Positions 20,800 to 31,914 of a DNA stretch of 64,000 nucleotides are shown in pieces (positions within the stretch are counted from its first letter, which is position 1; each line of letters opens with the position of its first letter). The position numbers and the translations under genes are program-made. The notes under the pieces are model-generated. The model was not told the DNA's origin and ran no database searches. It was given only the letters and a program-made list of their open reading frames with translations. This DNA is from an uncultured Actinomycetes bacterium (GTDB lineage Bacteria; Actinomycetota; Acidimicrobiia; Spongiisociales; DATADW01): contig CAVTEU010000003.1 in NCBI GenBank assembly GCA_963733905.1, positions 910-64,909 of the forward strand. Reading direction: 5' to 3'.

Positions 20800-22091
20800 C
20801 GTAGGGGCTGGTCGAGTCGGGTCGTCCGGACCCGACGTCGGGTCATCGGCGCGTGGTTGCGCCCCGTCGTCGCCCGGCGGCGGTTGTGGTGGGGGCCTCT
20901 GCCTCGGACGTCACCGACCGTCTCCGGCCGGGTCCTGACCTGGGGCGAGGCGCCAACTCGGAGCCCACCCGATCCCAGCTCGGTGGCTACGGGATGGCGC
21001 AACGGCCCCACCAGTCCCAGTTCCTTCTGGATGCGGCCAACCGCTCGAGCCTGGTCGCCGGAAACCATCGATACGACGACACCCGACGCTCCGGCTCGGG
21101 CGGTGCGGCCCGATCGGTGGAGATATGTCTTGGCGTCGACCGGCGGGTCGAAATGGATCACGCAGGCGACACCCTCGACGTGGATCCCGCGGGCGGCGAC
21201 ATCGGTGGCGACCAGCACCTGGCTCCGCCCCGTGGAGAACGCGTTCAGGGCACGGTTGCGCTGGCTCTGCGATCGCCCGCCGTGGATGGCAACAGCCTCG
21301 ACACCGAGCCGGGCGAGTTGCTTGGCCACCTTGTCCGCACCATGGCGGGTCCTGGTGAAGACGATGGCGGACCCGGTGGCGGCCACCGCCGCTGCGGTGT
21401 GCTCCAAGCGCTCCTCGGGCGCCGCTCGCCAGAAGAAGTGCCTGACGTCGATACCTTCGGGCTCGGCGGTGCCTGCTTCGTGGCGGACCGGTTCCCGCTG
21501 GTAGCGACGGGTCAATTGGGCAACCTCTCCATCGAGCGTCGCCGAGAACAGCATCGTCTGGCGGTCGGACGGCGTCTGGTCGAGCAAACGCCTCACCTCG
21601 GGGAGGAAACCCATGTCCGCCATCCGGTCGGCCTCGTCCACCACCACCGTCTCGACCTGGTCGAGCCGGACCCAACCCCGGTCGATCAGATCTGCCAAAC
21701 GTCCCGGGCAGGCGACGAGAACGTCCACTCCCCTGTTCAACTCCTTGCGCTGCCTCTCGTAGGAGACACCCCCGTAGACGGTGCCCACCCAGCGCTGTCT
21801 TGCCTTCGCAAAAGGCGCCAGATCGTTGCGAATCTGCTCGGCAAGCTCACGGGTGGGAGCTAGCACCAGCGCCCGTGGACGGCCGGGTCTGGCTTTGGCC
21901 ACGGTGGCCATGATTGGGAGCCCAAAGGCGAGGGTCTTGCCCGAACCGGTGGGAGCGCGGCCGCAGACATCCCGGCCGGCGATGGCGTCGGGGATGGTGG
22001 CCGCCTGGATTGGGAACGGGTCGGTGATCCCGGCCCGGTCGAGTATGCCGAGAAGGTCGGCGGGCACGCCGAGTTCGGCGAAAGTTGACAT
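20787..22091 (-). CDS. DEAD-box ATP-dependent RNA helicase
   Basis: MSTFAELGV..., Q motif, APTGSGKT (motif I), DEAD, SAT, HRSGRTARAG. ATG at 22091 with an aggagc SD. The upstream extension in the ORF track is not helicase-like. Confidence 0.9.
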   Translation of the reverse strand: MSTFAELGVPADLLGILDRAGITDPFPIQAATIPDAIAGRDVCGRAPTGSGKTLAFGLPIMATVAKARPGRPRALVLAPTRELAEQIRNDLAPFAKARQRWVGTVYGGVSYERQRKELNRGVDVLVACPGRLADLIDRGWVRLDQVETVVVDEADRMADMGFLPEVRRLLDQTPSDRQTMLFSATLDGEVAQLTRRYQREPVRHEAGTAEPEGIDVRHFFWRAAPEERLEHTAAAVAATGSAIVFTRTRHGADKVAKQLARLGVEAVAIHGGRSQSQRNRALNAFSTGRSQVLVATDVAARGIHVEGVACVIHFDPPVDAKTYLHRSGRTARAGASGVVVSMVSGDQARAVGRIQKELGLVGPLRHPVATELGSGGLRVGASPQVRTRPETVGDVRGRGPHHNRRRATTGRNHAPMTRRRVRTTRLDQPLRCQR

Positions 22092-22262
22092 GGAAATCGT
22101 TGCTCCTGGACAGTGGGTTGCTCGCTCGAGCGTCGCCACAGCAGTGCAACGAAATCGAGAGATCGGTCGAGGCGACCGTTCTGAATCCGCCACGGGAGCG
22201 CGTAAAGGCGCTGCCTCGAACCGCTGGCGGTGTAGGAGAGCTTACCAGATGGGAGATCCTGC

Positions 22263-22844
22263 TCAGGCGCGGTTCGCCGGGCGGCCCTCCTCGCGGAGCC
22301 GGACGGGGCCGGCACCCTCGGGTCGCAAGCCCCGTTTGTCGGCATAGAAGGCGCGAATGAGATCCATGTCGGACGAGAGGTCACCGCTCGGCTGGATGGC
22401 GGGACCGACGCCAGCGCGACGCGACGGATAGTCGGCAAAGCCGAGCACCATCGGGACGTCGGCTGCCTCGGCGATCCGATAGAAGCCCGACTTCCAGTAG
22501 GGAACAGCCGCCCTGGTCCCTTCGGGCGTGATGAGCAGCGTCATCGGACCGGGTGCTTCACGGATCTGAGCGGCAACCTGATCAACCACTCGGAAACTGG
22601 CGTCGCGCCGAACCGGGATGCCCCCCAGCCGCCGCATCAGCCATCCGAGCGGCCAGCGAAAGAGCCCGTGCTTGGCGATGAAGCGGGGCCTGATCCCCAG
22701 GGTATAGGCCGCGCCAAGGAAGACTATGAAATCCCAGTTGGAGGTGTGAGGGGCTGCCGGGATCACCACCTTGGGGTCGGGGGGCATGGTGCCCTCGAAG
22801 GTCCACCCCCGGAAGCGGAGCATGGCGCTGAGAAGCCGTCTCAT
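22263..22844 (-). CDS. 1-acyl-sn-glycerol-3-phosphate acyltransferase (PlsC/LPLAT family)
   Basis: HTSNWD (HxxxxD), FIAKHGLF, ITPEGTR motifs. The start is chosen at MRRLL (22844); the ORF track extends to 22967. Confidence 0.7.
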   Translation of the reverse strand: MRRLLSAMLRFRGWTFEGTMPPDPKVVIPAAPHTSNWDFIVFLGAAYTLGIRPRFIAKHGLFRWPLGWLMRRLGGIPVRRDASFRVVDQVAAQIREAPGPMTLLITPEGTRAAVPYWKSGFYRIAEAADVPMVLGFADYPSRRAGVGPAIQPSGDLSSDMDLIRAFYADKRGLRPEGAGPVRLREEGRPANRA

Positions 22845-22950
22845 CGCCGCCAATGGTGCCAGGTCTTGCTTTGGGGCACACCTCGGCGGCACCGCCCTGA
22901 AGAATGTCACACCCCCGTCGTACCCTCCGATTGCGGAGGTGAGTGACGGG

Positions 22951-24200
22951 ATGGATGCGGCAATCAAATTGGATCACTCTGTATTGGCGGTGGAGTCGGA
23001 GCACACGCTCCACGCCATGGTGGAGCTTCGGGCGCCCGAGGCACCGGCGGGCGAACGCCCACCGCTGCGGCTCGCTCTCGTGATCGACCGCTCGGGGTCG
23101 ATGGCGGGCGAGAAGCTGGACACGGTGAAGCGGAGTGCGACGTTCCTCCACGACCGTATGGGTAGCGACGACTCGCTCGCCGTGGTCGCTTTCGACGACG
23201 AGGTGCGGCTGGTGGCATCGCTCGGGCCCGCCCGCCCAGAGGTGCGCGAGGCGCTGCAGAGCAGATCGACGCCGGTGGGTCGACCAACCTCTCGGGCGGC
23301 TGGTTCAAGGGGCTCGAGGAGCTCCGGCGGGTCTCGGACGGGGTACGAAGAGTGGTGCTGCTCACCGACGGGATGGCCAACGTCGGGATCAGCGATCCCG
23401 AGCGGTTGGCGGCCACGGCGCGCAGCGCCGCCGAGCTCGGGGTCACCACCACGACCATCGGGTACGGCGACGGGTTCCAGGAAGACCTGCTCACCGCCAT
23501 GGCCGATGCCGGCACGGGGGCGCGCCTACTACGCCGGCGGGCCTGACGAGGCGCCCGGGATCTTCGCCGAGGAATTCGAGGGGCTTGCCTCGATCCAGGC
23601 GCAGAACCTGTCGGTCGAGATCCGTCCCGCCCCCGAAGTCGAGGGAGTTTCGGTGATCAGCGACCTGCCGCCGATCGTGGTCGAGGGTGGGATCCAGGTC
23701 GAGTTGGGTGACATCTACGGCGGAGAACTGCGTCGTCTCGTGTTCCGACTCCACGTGCCCGGCATCGCCGAGCTCGGTCCCAAGGTGCTGGGTGAGGTGG
23801 TGATCCGTTGGACCGCCCTCGGCGCCAAGACCGTCGAGATGGTCCAGAAGACCGTCCCCATCGGGGTGAATGTCGTCACCGCTGCAGAGGCCGGGGAGGC
23901 GAACCCGACCTGGAGGTCATCGAGGAGGTGACGGTGCTCTCGGCGGTCCGGGCACGGCGCATGGCGCGTGATCGGGCCGACAGTGGCGACATCCAGGGGG
24001 CGTCGGCCATCCTCCGGGAGAGCGCCGAAGACTTGCGGGCCATGGCCCCGGGCTCGGCGCGCGCCGTCGAGCTTCGAGACGATGCCGCCGATCTCGAGAG
24101 GAGCGCCACTGCCATGGCGGTCTCATATGATTCCGCAGCCAGCAAGCACCTCCATTACCGAGCGCGGGAACGGGAGCGGTCGATGCCAACCTCACAGTAG
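22951..24200 (+). CDS. von Willebrand factor type A (VWA) domain protein; at least 3 apparent frameshifts
   Basis: ATG 22951 with SD ggaggtga. MIDAS LALVIDRSGSMAGEKL, AVVAFDDEV. The continuation VVLLTDGMANVG...TTIGYGDGF lies in frame 23352..23546, and a C-terminal piece lies in 23808..24200. Confidence 0.7.
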
Positions 24201-24229
24201 CCGGCCAGGGCGAAACCCGATGGGGGCGT

Positions 24230-25363
24230 GTGGCGCCAAGCGCCGCCGAGTCGCCCACCAGCCGCTCCTATTGGGTGGTCGAAGACCGGCTGCTGGCCGG
24301 GGCGTACCCCTCCCATGTAGAGAGCAAGAACAATGATTGGGGACCTGCTCAGGGCCGGCGTGATGCAGTCGTAGACCTCACCCACCCCTCTACCGACAGT
24401 CACCTGAAGCCCTATAAAGACGAACTGAGCGCCTGGACGAACTCGGTGATTGTTCGTGGCGACGCCGAGGCCGGCGTCCGGCTGCTTCAGCAGCTCATCG
24501 ATGCCGGTGTCGATGCTGTCGTGGACCTGACCCAGAGGCTCGACCCCGCCTCGACCGACTCCCACCTACGGCCCTACGAGGACGACTTGGAGCGGCTCGC
24601 ACCGAGTTCGGTGCTGGTACGGCACCCGATCCTCGACCTGAACATCCCCACAGAGGACGAAATGGTGGCGGCTCTCGACACGATCGACCGGCTGCTCGAC
24701 GAGGGGCGGACGGTCTACGTCCACTGCTGGGGCGGGATCGGGCGCACCGGGACGGTCGTCGGGAGTTGGCTGGTCCGCCACGGGGTGACGGCACCGGAGC
24801 AGGCGCTCGATCTGCTCACCGAGCTGCGAGCCTCCGACCGCGGCGCCGGCCATCGGCGCTCACCCGAGACGCACCGAACAACGTGCCTTCGTGCGCCGGT
24901 GGCGACCGGGCGAGATAGCACCACGCCGATGCCACCGACCGAAGAAGTCCACGACAGCCCGACCGGATGGGTCAACCAGCACATCAAGAGCTACGTGGAG
25001 AGCGACGGGAAGCAGGGCCACCGGTGGCACGGGGTGGACACCCTTCTGCTGACCACACGAGGCAGGAAGACGGGCAAACTGCGGCGGAGCGCACTGATCT
25101 ATGGGCAGGATGGCGACAGCTACGTGATCGTCGCCTCGAAGGGCGGCTCGGAGGACCACCCCGCCTGGTACCTCAACCTGGTCGCTGATCCGGATGTCGA
25201 GGTCCAGATCGAGGCCGAGACATTTGCCGCCCGGGCGTCCACGGCCGGAGGTCCTCGGCGTGAGCGGCTCTGGAGGATGATGGCCGAGATCTGGCCCGAC
25301 TACGTGAAGTACCAGCGACGCACCGAGCGGCAGATCCCGGTGATAGTCCTGGAAAGGGTCTGA
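24230..25363 (+). CDS. Cys-based protein phosphatase-like domain (CX5R: VHCWGGIGRTG) followed in-frame by an F420-dependent deazaflavin nitroreductase (DDN)-like domain. Possibly two genes (PTP-like about 24230-24900; DDN from ATG 24929) merged by loss of a stop.
   Basis: Single 377-aa ORF. N-terminal half has the DSP/PTP signature HCxxGxxRTG. C-terminal 145 aa (MPPTEEVHDSPTGWVNQHIKSYVESDGKQGHRWHGVDTLLLTTRGRKTGKLRRSALIYGQDGDSYVIVASKGGSEDHPAWYLNLVADPDVEVQI...) is typical of the DDN/F420H2-dependent reductase family. The linker between them is not protein-like. Confidence 0.6.
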   Translation: MAPSAAESPTSRSYWVVEDRLLAGAYPSHVESKNNDWGPAQGRRDAVVDLTHPSTDSHLKPYKDELSAWTNSVIVRGDAEAGVRLLQQLIDAGVDAVVDLTQRLDPASTDSHLRPYEDDLERLAPSSVLVRHPILDLNIPTEDEMVAALDTIDRLLDEGRTVYVHCWGGIGRTGTVVGSWLVRHGVTAPEQALDLLTELRASDRGAGHRRSPETHRTTCLRAPVATGRDSTTPMPPTEEVHDSPTGWVNQHIKSYVESDGKQGHRWHGVDTLLLTTRGRKTGKLRRSALIYGQDGDSYVIVASKGGSEDHPAWYLNLVADPDVEVQIEAETFAARASTAGGPRRERLWRMMAEIWPDYVKYQRRTERQIPVIVLERV

Positions 25364-25387
25364 CGGCCGGGTTGGCACTGCTGCGGG

Positions 25388-26189
25388 TCAGAGGCCGAGC
25401 AGCAAACTCGGCGACCTGCTGCGAGGCATTGGTCTCGATGGGATCGCCGTGACCTACCAACAACACTCCGAACTGGAATCCGGCGAGTTTGCGAACCGAC
25501 TCGTGAGCCTGATCGAGATCTTCGGTGAACGAGGGGTTTGGGCCGGCGACCACTCCCCCCTGGACCGAAAGGGCATCGCCCGCCACCAGCAACCCGACCG
25601 TGCTGTCGAGCACGCAGACATGCCCGGGTGTATGTCCGGGGGTGGCGATGATCTCGAGGTCGAAGACGCGGTCCCCGTCGCCGACCGGTGTGAGCGGCCG
25701 GGGAGCAGTGATCGACCCGATGTCGTCGGCGCCGGCGTACCCGGTGGCGGCGTCGGCCAACTCGAGCACCTCGGTGACGCTCCCCGCGTGGTCGTCGTGC
25801 TTGTGGGTCAGGATGACATGCCCCACGGCGTCCCAGCCAAGCCCGATCTCACCGAGGGCCGCCTCGATGTCGGGGCGCTGCCGGTCGACGCCGGTATCGA
25901 CAACCGCCGCCTCGCCTTGGCGCGCCAGCACATAGGCGGAGACAAAACCGAGCGAGACCCGGTGCCACTCGAGATCGACCGACGCGCCGGCCGGTGGTGT
26001 GGTTTCCGGCGCGCTCGTCCCCGGAGACGGCGGAGTAGTCGGGTCTGCTGTGGTGGGAGAACCGTCACCGGTGGTGATGTCCCCGCCTCCAGTCGCATCG
26101 GAGCAGGCGATCAAACTCAGAACCAGGACCGCCACACCGCCCTTGCCCAGGTCGGCCAGGAAGAGCCTGCGGCTCATGGGACGCTGCAT
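25388..26189 (-). CDS. MBL-fold metallo-hydrolase, Tat-signal lipoprotein
   Basis: MQRPMSRRLFLADLGKGGVAVLVLSLIACSD (RR motif plus lipobox), THKHDDHAG (HxHxDH), GHTPGH, HGDPI. The ORF track runs to 25173 and overlaps the convergent gene. An alternative frame gives ...QQVAELLLGL stop near 25388, so the 3' end is uncertain. Confidence 0.65.
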
Positions 26190-26220
26190 GATCACCTCGC
26201 TGGGTCGACCCGATTCAAGG

Positions 26221-28579
26221 CTAACGGCGGGTGCCAACCCAGGGTTCGAGTACAGTCACCGCAACGCTTCGAGCCCACGGAACGACGCGGACGAGGCGCC
26301 CCGAAGGGCGCCTCGTCCATCCCCAACTGGGTTTCCCCTTACGGGATGCTGCTGATCGATCTCGCAGCCACCGTTGTTGGTGTCGGTTCCGGCACCGCCG
26401 CTGCAGGCGTCGGGTGACCCGATCCGCCGGCGATGCCGTCGTTGCCGTCGCCGCCGCTGACGGTGTCGGCGCCGTTCCCTCCCGCAGGGTGTCGTTTCCG
26501 GTCGCACCGTTGACGGTGTCGCTGCCGTCGACCGCCGTTGGCGGTGTCGTTGCCGTCGCCGCCGTAGAGCGCGTCGCTGCCCTGGGCGCCGTTGAGCGTG
26601 TCCTTTCCACTGTTGCCATTCATGTTGTCGTTCCCGAGGCCCCCGGTGAGGCTGTCACCCGACTCGTTGCCGTAGAGCGTGTCCGCCCCGCCGGCACCGA
26701 AGACGGTGTCGGGACCACCCGAACCACACACGATGTCGTTGCCGGCCAACCCGTAGATGGTGTCGCCACCGGCCAGACCCGTGGATCACGTCAGGACCGC
26801 TCGGTCCCGGTGATCACATCGGATGAAGTCGTGCCGAACTGGGTGACGGTGAAGCCACCGCAGCCCGGAGCCGCGAACCCGTAGTCGATCGTGTTCTGGA
26901 AGTTCGACCCGTTGGCGCCGTTGTTGGCCGTGTTATGGCCCAGTGCGGCGCGGTCGCCCCAGTACTCGAGATACGTGCCTGGACGAACTCCGGTCAAGGC
27001 GTGGTTCTGGAAGTCCCCGTACTGGACCGAGTCACCCTCGGACCAGAAGTCGTAGAAGTCCAGCGTCGCCTTGGCCGAGTCCTGGACGTCGATCATCGCA
27101 CCGGCTACCCGGCCTTCGACGTCGTCACCGTCGGCCCAACCCGGCCGAGTTGGCGTCCACGTTCTCCAGGTCGAGGAACTGCCCGGCTGGCCAGCGGAAG
27201 AACGGGTCGTTGAGCACCGCAGCCGGCACCCACTCGGCGAACCCCTCGGTCCAAGCGCACCCGGTGGAGCTGTCGCCGTTCACGAAGTGAGGGCTGCAGT
27301 TGGGGAACGCCGGGTAGTTGTCGTTGTAGACGTCGTCCATGGCGGCGTGGGTCGCCTCATGGATGACCACGTGCTCGGCGTCCGGATCGGCCGCCGCCAG
27401 GTGGATGTCATTGCCGGCCAGCGAGTAGTAGGTCCCGTCGGTGGACGTCCCGGTCCAGTTGACGATCATCTGCCGGCAGGGCGACTCGCCCCAGTCGAAG
27501 CAGAGACCGCTTGGGTCGTGGCCCCACAGCCAGAACTTGTTGACGGCATCGAAAGCGTGGATCCCACGATGGATGTCGTTGCTCGGCTGGAGATTGCCGA
27601 AGCTGAAGTCGACGCCCTCGTTGACGTTGACCACACCCGTGGTGTTGACGTAGTTGGTGTTCGAGGCGGCGGTATCGCGCACCCGCCATACGGAGTTCTC
27701 CGAGATGAAGCGGACGTAGACCTCCATGGTCCCGGCGCCCTCTTCGTCGTCGGTGGTGAAGCACCCCGAGTAGCTACCGCCAGAGGTCACAACTGTCGCC
27801 ATCAGGTCGTCGGTGCCGCTGTCGTCGTCCCAGATCTGCACCTGGTAGTTGCCTACGCCGGTGTAACCCAATGTCGGGTGCTGGTAGCCCCAGACACCGG
27901 TGATGCACGAACCGCCCGGGATCCCCGGCGTCTGAAGCGAGCCGATGCCCGCCACGTCGGCAGGGAGCGGAGCAGAGACATGGGGCAGGTCAGACGAAGG
28001 CGTCGAAGGCGCCGACGGCGCCTGCGCCGTGCCGCCTGAGGTCTCGGTGGCCACCGACAACTGCGACTTGCCGGACGTGACCGTCAGCGGGACCACCGCC
28101 ATCGCCCCATCGCCGACTCCATCTGCCAGTTGCGCAGTGGCGCGCACCTCGACCGAGGCGCTTCCCTCGTCGACGGCACGCACTTCGAAGCCGACGCGCT
28201 GGGTTCCCGCTCCGGGCGATAGGACCGCCACTCGCGGGACGACCTCACCGGCACCATTGGGGGCGGCGGAAGCCGGACCGTTGCTGCCCGGTCCCGATGC
28301 CACTTCGAGTGCGGTGGGGACGCTGATCTCGACCTCTACCGGGCCGAGGTCGACCTGGCTCTCCACGTCGACGGTGAGCGTTGCCGTCTCACCGACCGAA
28401 GGAGCCCGGTCGAGAGTTGCCGTGACCCGCAGACACGAGGCGAACTCGGTCTTCGAGCCCTGCGGTACCAATGAACAGTCGGGTGCACCCGACTGTGCGC
28501 CGGCGGCAACTCCCCCCGGCAATGCCAACGAGCCGACCAAGCCGGCTGTGGCAACGAAACGAACCCATCGAGCGCGCAT
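26221..28579 (-). CDS. secreted zinc metalloprotease (HExxH) with C-terminal RTX/hemolysin-type Ca-binding beta-roll repeats; at least 3 apparent frameshifts
   Basis: ATG 28579 with SD GGGAGGG. Signal peptide MRARWVRFVATAGLVGSLALPGGVAAGAQ. VVIHEATHAAMDD motif. Downstream frames 26791..27096 and 26339..26749 carry GGxGxDxL nonapeptides (GSGGPDTVFGAGGADTLYGNESGDSLTGGLGNDNMNGNSGKDTLNGAQGSDALYGGDGND). Confidence 0.6.
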
Positions 28580-28799
28580 GTTCCCTCCCTGGGTGACGCA
28601 CACATCCCCGTCCGGTTGGCGGGGTGGACGTTCGACTGAGGAGCGGCGAAGCGGCGGCGATACACGTTTATTTCGACCGTCGTAGCCTTCATCCGTCACC
28701 CCCGTCCCAAGCTGGAACCTGACACACGGATGAGTGCGTAATGAAGCTCGCGGCATCGATCCGACTTGCAAAGGCGAGGTGCTCAATAGGCGGTGAACG

Positions 28800-29840
28800 A
28801 TGCGCGCCGCGCTGATCACGGCGTTCGGAGAGCCACTGGAAGTCACCGAAGTGGCCGACCCGGTGGTCCCCGAGCAACGGGGTGGTTCTCCGTGTCGAGG
28901 CGACCGGAGTGTGCCGCAGCGACTGGCACGCCTGGATGGGCCACGAGCGGCTGCCCGGGCTCCCTCACGTACCCGGGCACGAGATGGCGGGGACGGTGGT
29001 CGAGGTTGGGTCGAGAGTCGAGCGCTGGCGAGTCGGCGACCGGGTTACCGTCCCCTTTTCGATGGGTTGCGGAAGCTGCCCTTCGTGCCTGGCCGGACAT
29101 CTCAACACTTGCGACGAAGGCTTCACGCCCGGGTTCACCACTTGGGGCTCATTCGCCGAGCTGATCGCCCTCGACCACGCCGATACCAACCTCATCGCAT
29201 TGCCCGATGGTTTCGACGCGGTCGATGCCGCCGCCCTCGGGTGCCGCTTCGTGACCGCGTTCCGGGCGGTCGCCGACCGTGGCCGGGTCGAGAGGGGCCA
29301 ATGGCTTGCGGTGCATGGGTGCGGCGGTCTCGGTCTCTCGGCGGTGATGGTTGGCGCGGCGCTTGGGGCAAGGGTGGTGGCGGTGGACATCAACAGGGCC
29401 GCCCTCGACCTCGCCGCCGAGCTCGGGGCGGAGGCGACTGTGGATGCCACCTCCGTCAAGAGTGTCAGCTCTGCGGTCCGTGAGCTCACCGGGGGCGGTG
29501 CCGACGTCTCGGTGGATGCCTTGGGCAACACCACCACCGCGCTCAACTCTGTCCGATCGCTTCGCAAGCAAGGCCGCCATGTCCAGGTGGGGTTACTCCA
29601 CGGTGAGGACGCCCGGCTGGTGCTCCCCTGGGAGCGTGTGGTGATGTGGGAGCTGGAGGTGGTTGGCAGCCGGGGGATGCCGGCGACCGACTATCAGCGC
29701 ATCTTTGCCCTGATAGGCGATGGTGGCGTCGACCCTGCTCGTCTGGTGACCAGGCGCATCGCCATCGGGTGATGCCTCCGACGCCCTCGAGAGGATGAGC
29801 CGATTCGATGGCACGGGCGTGACTGTGATCGATCGCTTCT
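28800..29840 (+). CDS. zinc-dependent alcohol dehydrogenase (MDR family); apparent frameshifts near 28875 and 29770
   Basis: MRAALITAFGEPLEVTEV..., then VVLRVEATGVCRSDWHAWMGH, GHEMAGTVVEVG, CGSCPSCLAGHLNTC (structural Zn), GCGGLGL (NAD Rossmann). C-terminus ...DASDALERM... in the next frame. Confidence 0.8.
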
Positions 29841-29881
29841 GACTTCGGCTCAGAGTCGTGGTGGCAGGGTATCGTCGGGGC

Positions 29882-30258
29882 CATGGCGGACAAGCCCGAT
29901 GTCGTCGCCACCGGTTTCGTCATCGACCGCGACTGTGCCTCTGACTCGACCAAAGAGGAGCTTGTCGAGCGTGCCCGCTCGCACAACGTGGGGCACGCCA
30001 TCGAACAGTCCGAGTCGGGTCTGGTGCCTCGTCGGCGCCGACGGAACGCTCAATGAGTTGGAGCACGACGAGTCCGAAGCCGTGGCCGAGTTGCTCCCTT
30101 CGCACCGCCGGGTCAACGGCCTCTGGGTAAGGGTGCGCCGGGACGACGACGGTGTGAAAGCCGAGCCTGCGCCTCCCCCCAACCGCGTCGACGAAGCGGC
30201 GATCGAATCGTTCCCCGCCTCCGACCCCCCTTCGTGGACGTTGGGGAAAGAGGGCTGA
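29882..30258 (+). CDS. small conserved hypothetical protein (C-terminal motif VDEAAIESFPASDPPSW); one apparent frameshift
   Basis: MADKPDVVATGFVIDRDCASDSTKEELVERARSHNVGH... joins the 29899..30258 frame. This is a weak call. Confidence 0.35.
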
Positions 30259-30264
30259 CGGCGT

Positions 30265-31738
30265 TCAGTCCTCCGGCCGCAGCGCCGGGAAGAGCAGCAC
30301 CTCTCGGATCGACGCTTGGTCGGCCAGCAGCATGACCAGCCGGTCCACCCCGATGCCGAGCCCACCGGTCGGCGGCAGCCCATACTCCAGCGCCAACAGG
30401 TAGTCCTCGTCGAGCGGGTGGGTATCCGCCTCCCCGGCGGCCCTCGCCTCCGCCTGCGCCTCGAACCGGGCACGCTGCTCGATGGGGTCGTTCAACTCCG
30501 AGAAGGCGTTGACCAGTTCGGCGCCGGCGACGATCAGCTCGAATCGCTCCACCACCGACCCGCCTTGGCGGTGGGCCCTCGCCAGCGGCGATGTCTCCTC
30601 GGGGTGATCGAGCACAAAGGTCGGCTCCCAGAGGTAGGGCTCGACGTGCTGCTCGAACAACTCGGCGATAAGCCGCCCCGGCCCCCAAGCCGGGTGCACC
30701 TCGGTCCCTGCGGCCTCTACGAGCGCACTCAGCTCGTGGAGCGGTGTCTCGAAGCCGATGCTCTCGTTGACGGCTTCCTGGACCAGGTCGAGGTAGCGGG
30801 CGCGCCGGTACGGCGGGGTCAAGTCGAGGGGGCGTCCTTGGTAGGTGAGCTCGGTGCCTCCCATGGTGGCTGCGGTGACCTCGGCGATCACGCTCTCGAC
30901 GAGATCGAGCACGTCCTCATAGTCGGCCAACGCCTGGTAGGCCTCGAGCATGGTGAACTCTGGGTTGTGGGTCGAGTCGATGCCCTCATTGCGGAAGACC
31001 CGGCCCAGTTCGAACACCCGCTCCAACCCGCCGACGACCAGCCGTTTCAGCGGCAGTTCGAGGGCGATGCGGAGATACATGTCGACGTCGAGTGCGTTGT
31101 GATGGGTGACGAAGGGACGGGCCAGCCCGCCCCCTGCCTGCAGTTGCAGGGTCGGCGTCTCCACCTCGAGGAATCCCCGGTCTTCGAACGCCTTGCGCAG
31201 AGCGCGTAGCACCGATACTCGGCGCAGGGCAACCTCCCGTGCCTCCTCGTTGACGATCAGATCGAGATACCGCCGTCGGCTCCGCACCTCGACATCGGAC
31301 AGGCCGTGCCACTTCTCGGGTAGCGGCCGAAGCGCCTTGGCCAGCAACTCGAAGCGCTCGATGCGGACTGTGAGCTCGCCCTTCCGAGTGGTCACCATCC
31401 GGCCCTCCGCTCCCACCCAGTCGCCGACGTCGAGCTCGGCGAAAGCGTCCAGCTGCTCGGCCGGTAGCTCGGACCGATCCGCCATCAGCTGGATCCGCCC
31501 CGTGCCGTCCTGGAGCGTGGCAAAGACCAGCCGTCCGAAGCTTCTCTGCAGCATCAACCGACCGGCGACGGCCGCCCGTTCACCGCTGTCGCTGTCGGGC
31601 TCCAAATCCGCGAAGCGTCGCTGGAGGTCGGCAGCGGTCGTCGGTGCGCTCGAACCGGTAGGGGTAGCCACCCGCCTCGAGCTGTGCCTTGTGCTTGGCC
31701 AGGCGGACCTGGCGCTCGTCGGGGGGTATCCGGCTCAT
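30265..31738 (-). CDS. lysS: lysine--tRNA ligase (class II); one apparent frameshift near 31640
   Basis: N-terminus MSRIPPDERQVRLAKHKAQLEAGGYPYRFERTDD in frame 31580..31837 (ATG 31738). 468-aa body with anticodon-binding OB fold, motifs FLEVETP, RNEG, GGLGIGVDRLVMLL. Confidence 0.9.
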
Positions 31739-31914
31739 GGCGTGGCGGAGGGTACCGAGCGGGCATCGCGGTTCACGGCGCACCCTGCAGCCGGTAGATG
31801 ATCCGCAACCCGTCCAGGGTGAGCGAGTCGTCGACAAGGATCTCGGCGCGGCAGAGCGGTGCCACCACCGGCGCCAGCCCTCCTGTGGCCACCACCGCCG
31901 GCTGAGCCTCTATC

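Noticed and set aside
22582-23151. ORFs overlapping the PlsC/VWA divergent region (22582..23151, 22964..23515 minus strand)
   Set aside because: These are antisense or out-of-frame to the VWA gene with Arg/Pro-rich translations. The VWA MIDAS motif on the plus strand explains the region.
24155-24565. Minus-strand ORF 24155..24565 and others antisense to the PTP/DDN gene
   Set aside because: No motifs. The plus-strand CX5R phosphatase and DDN signatures account for the sequence.
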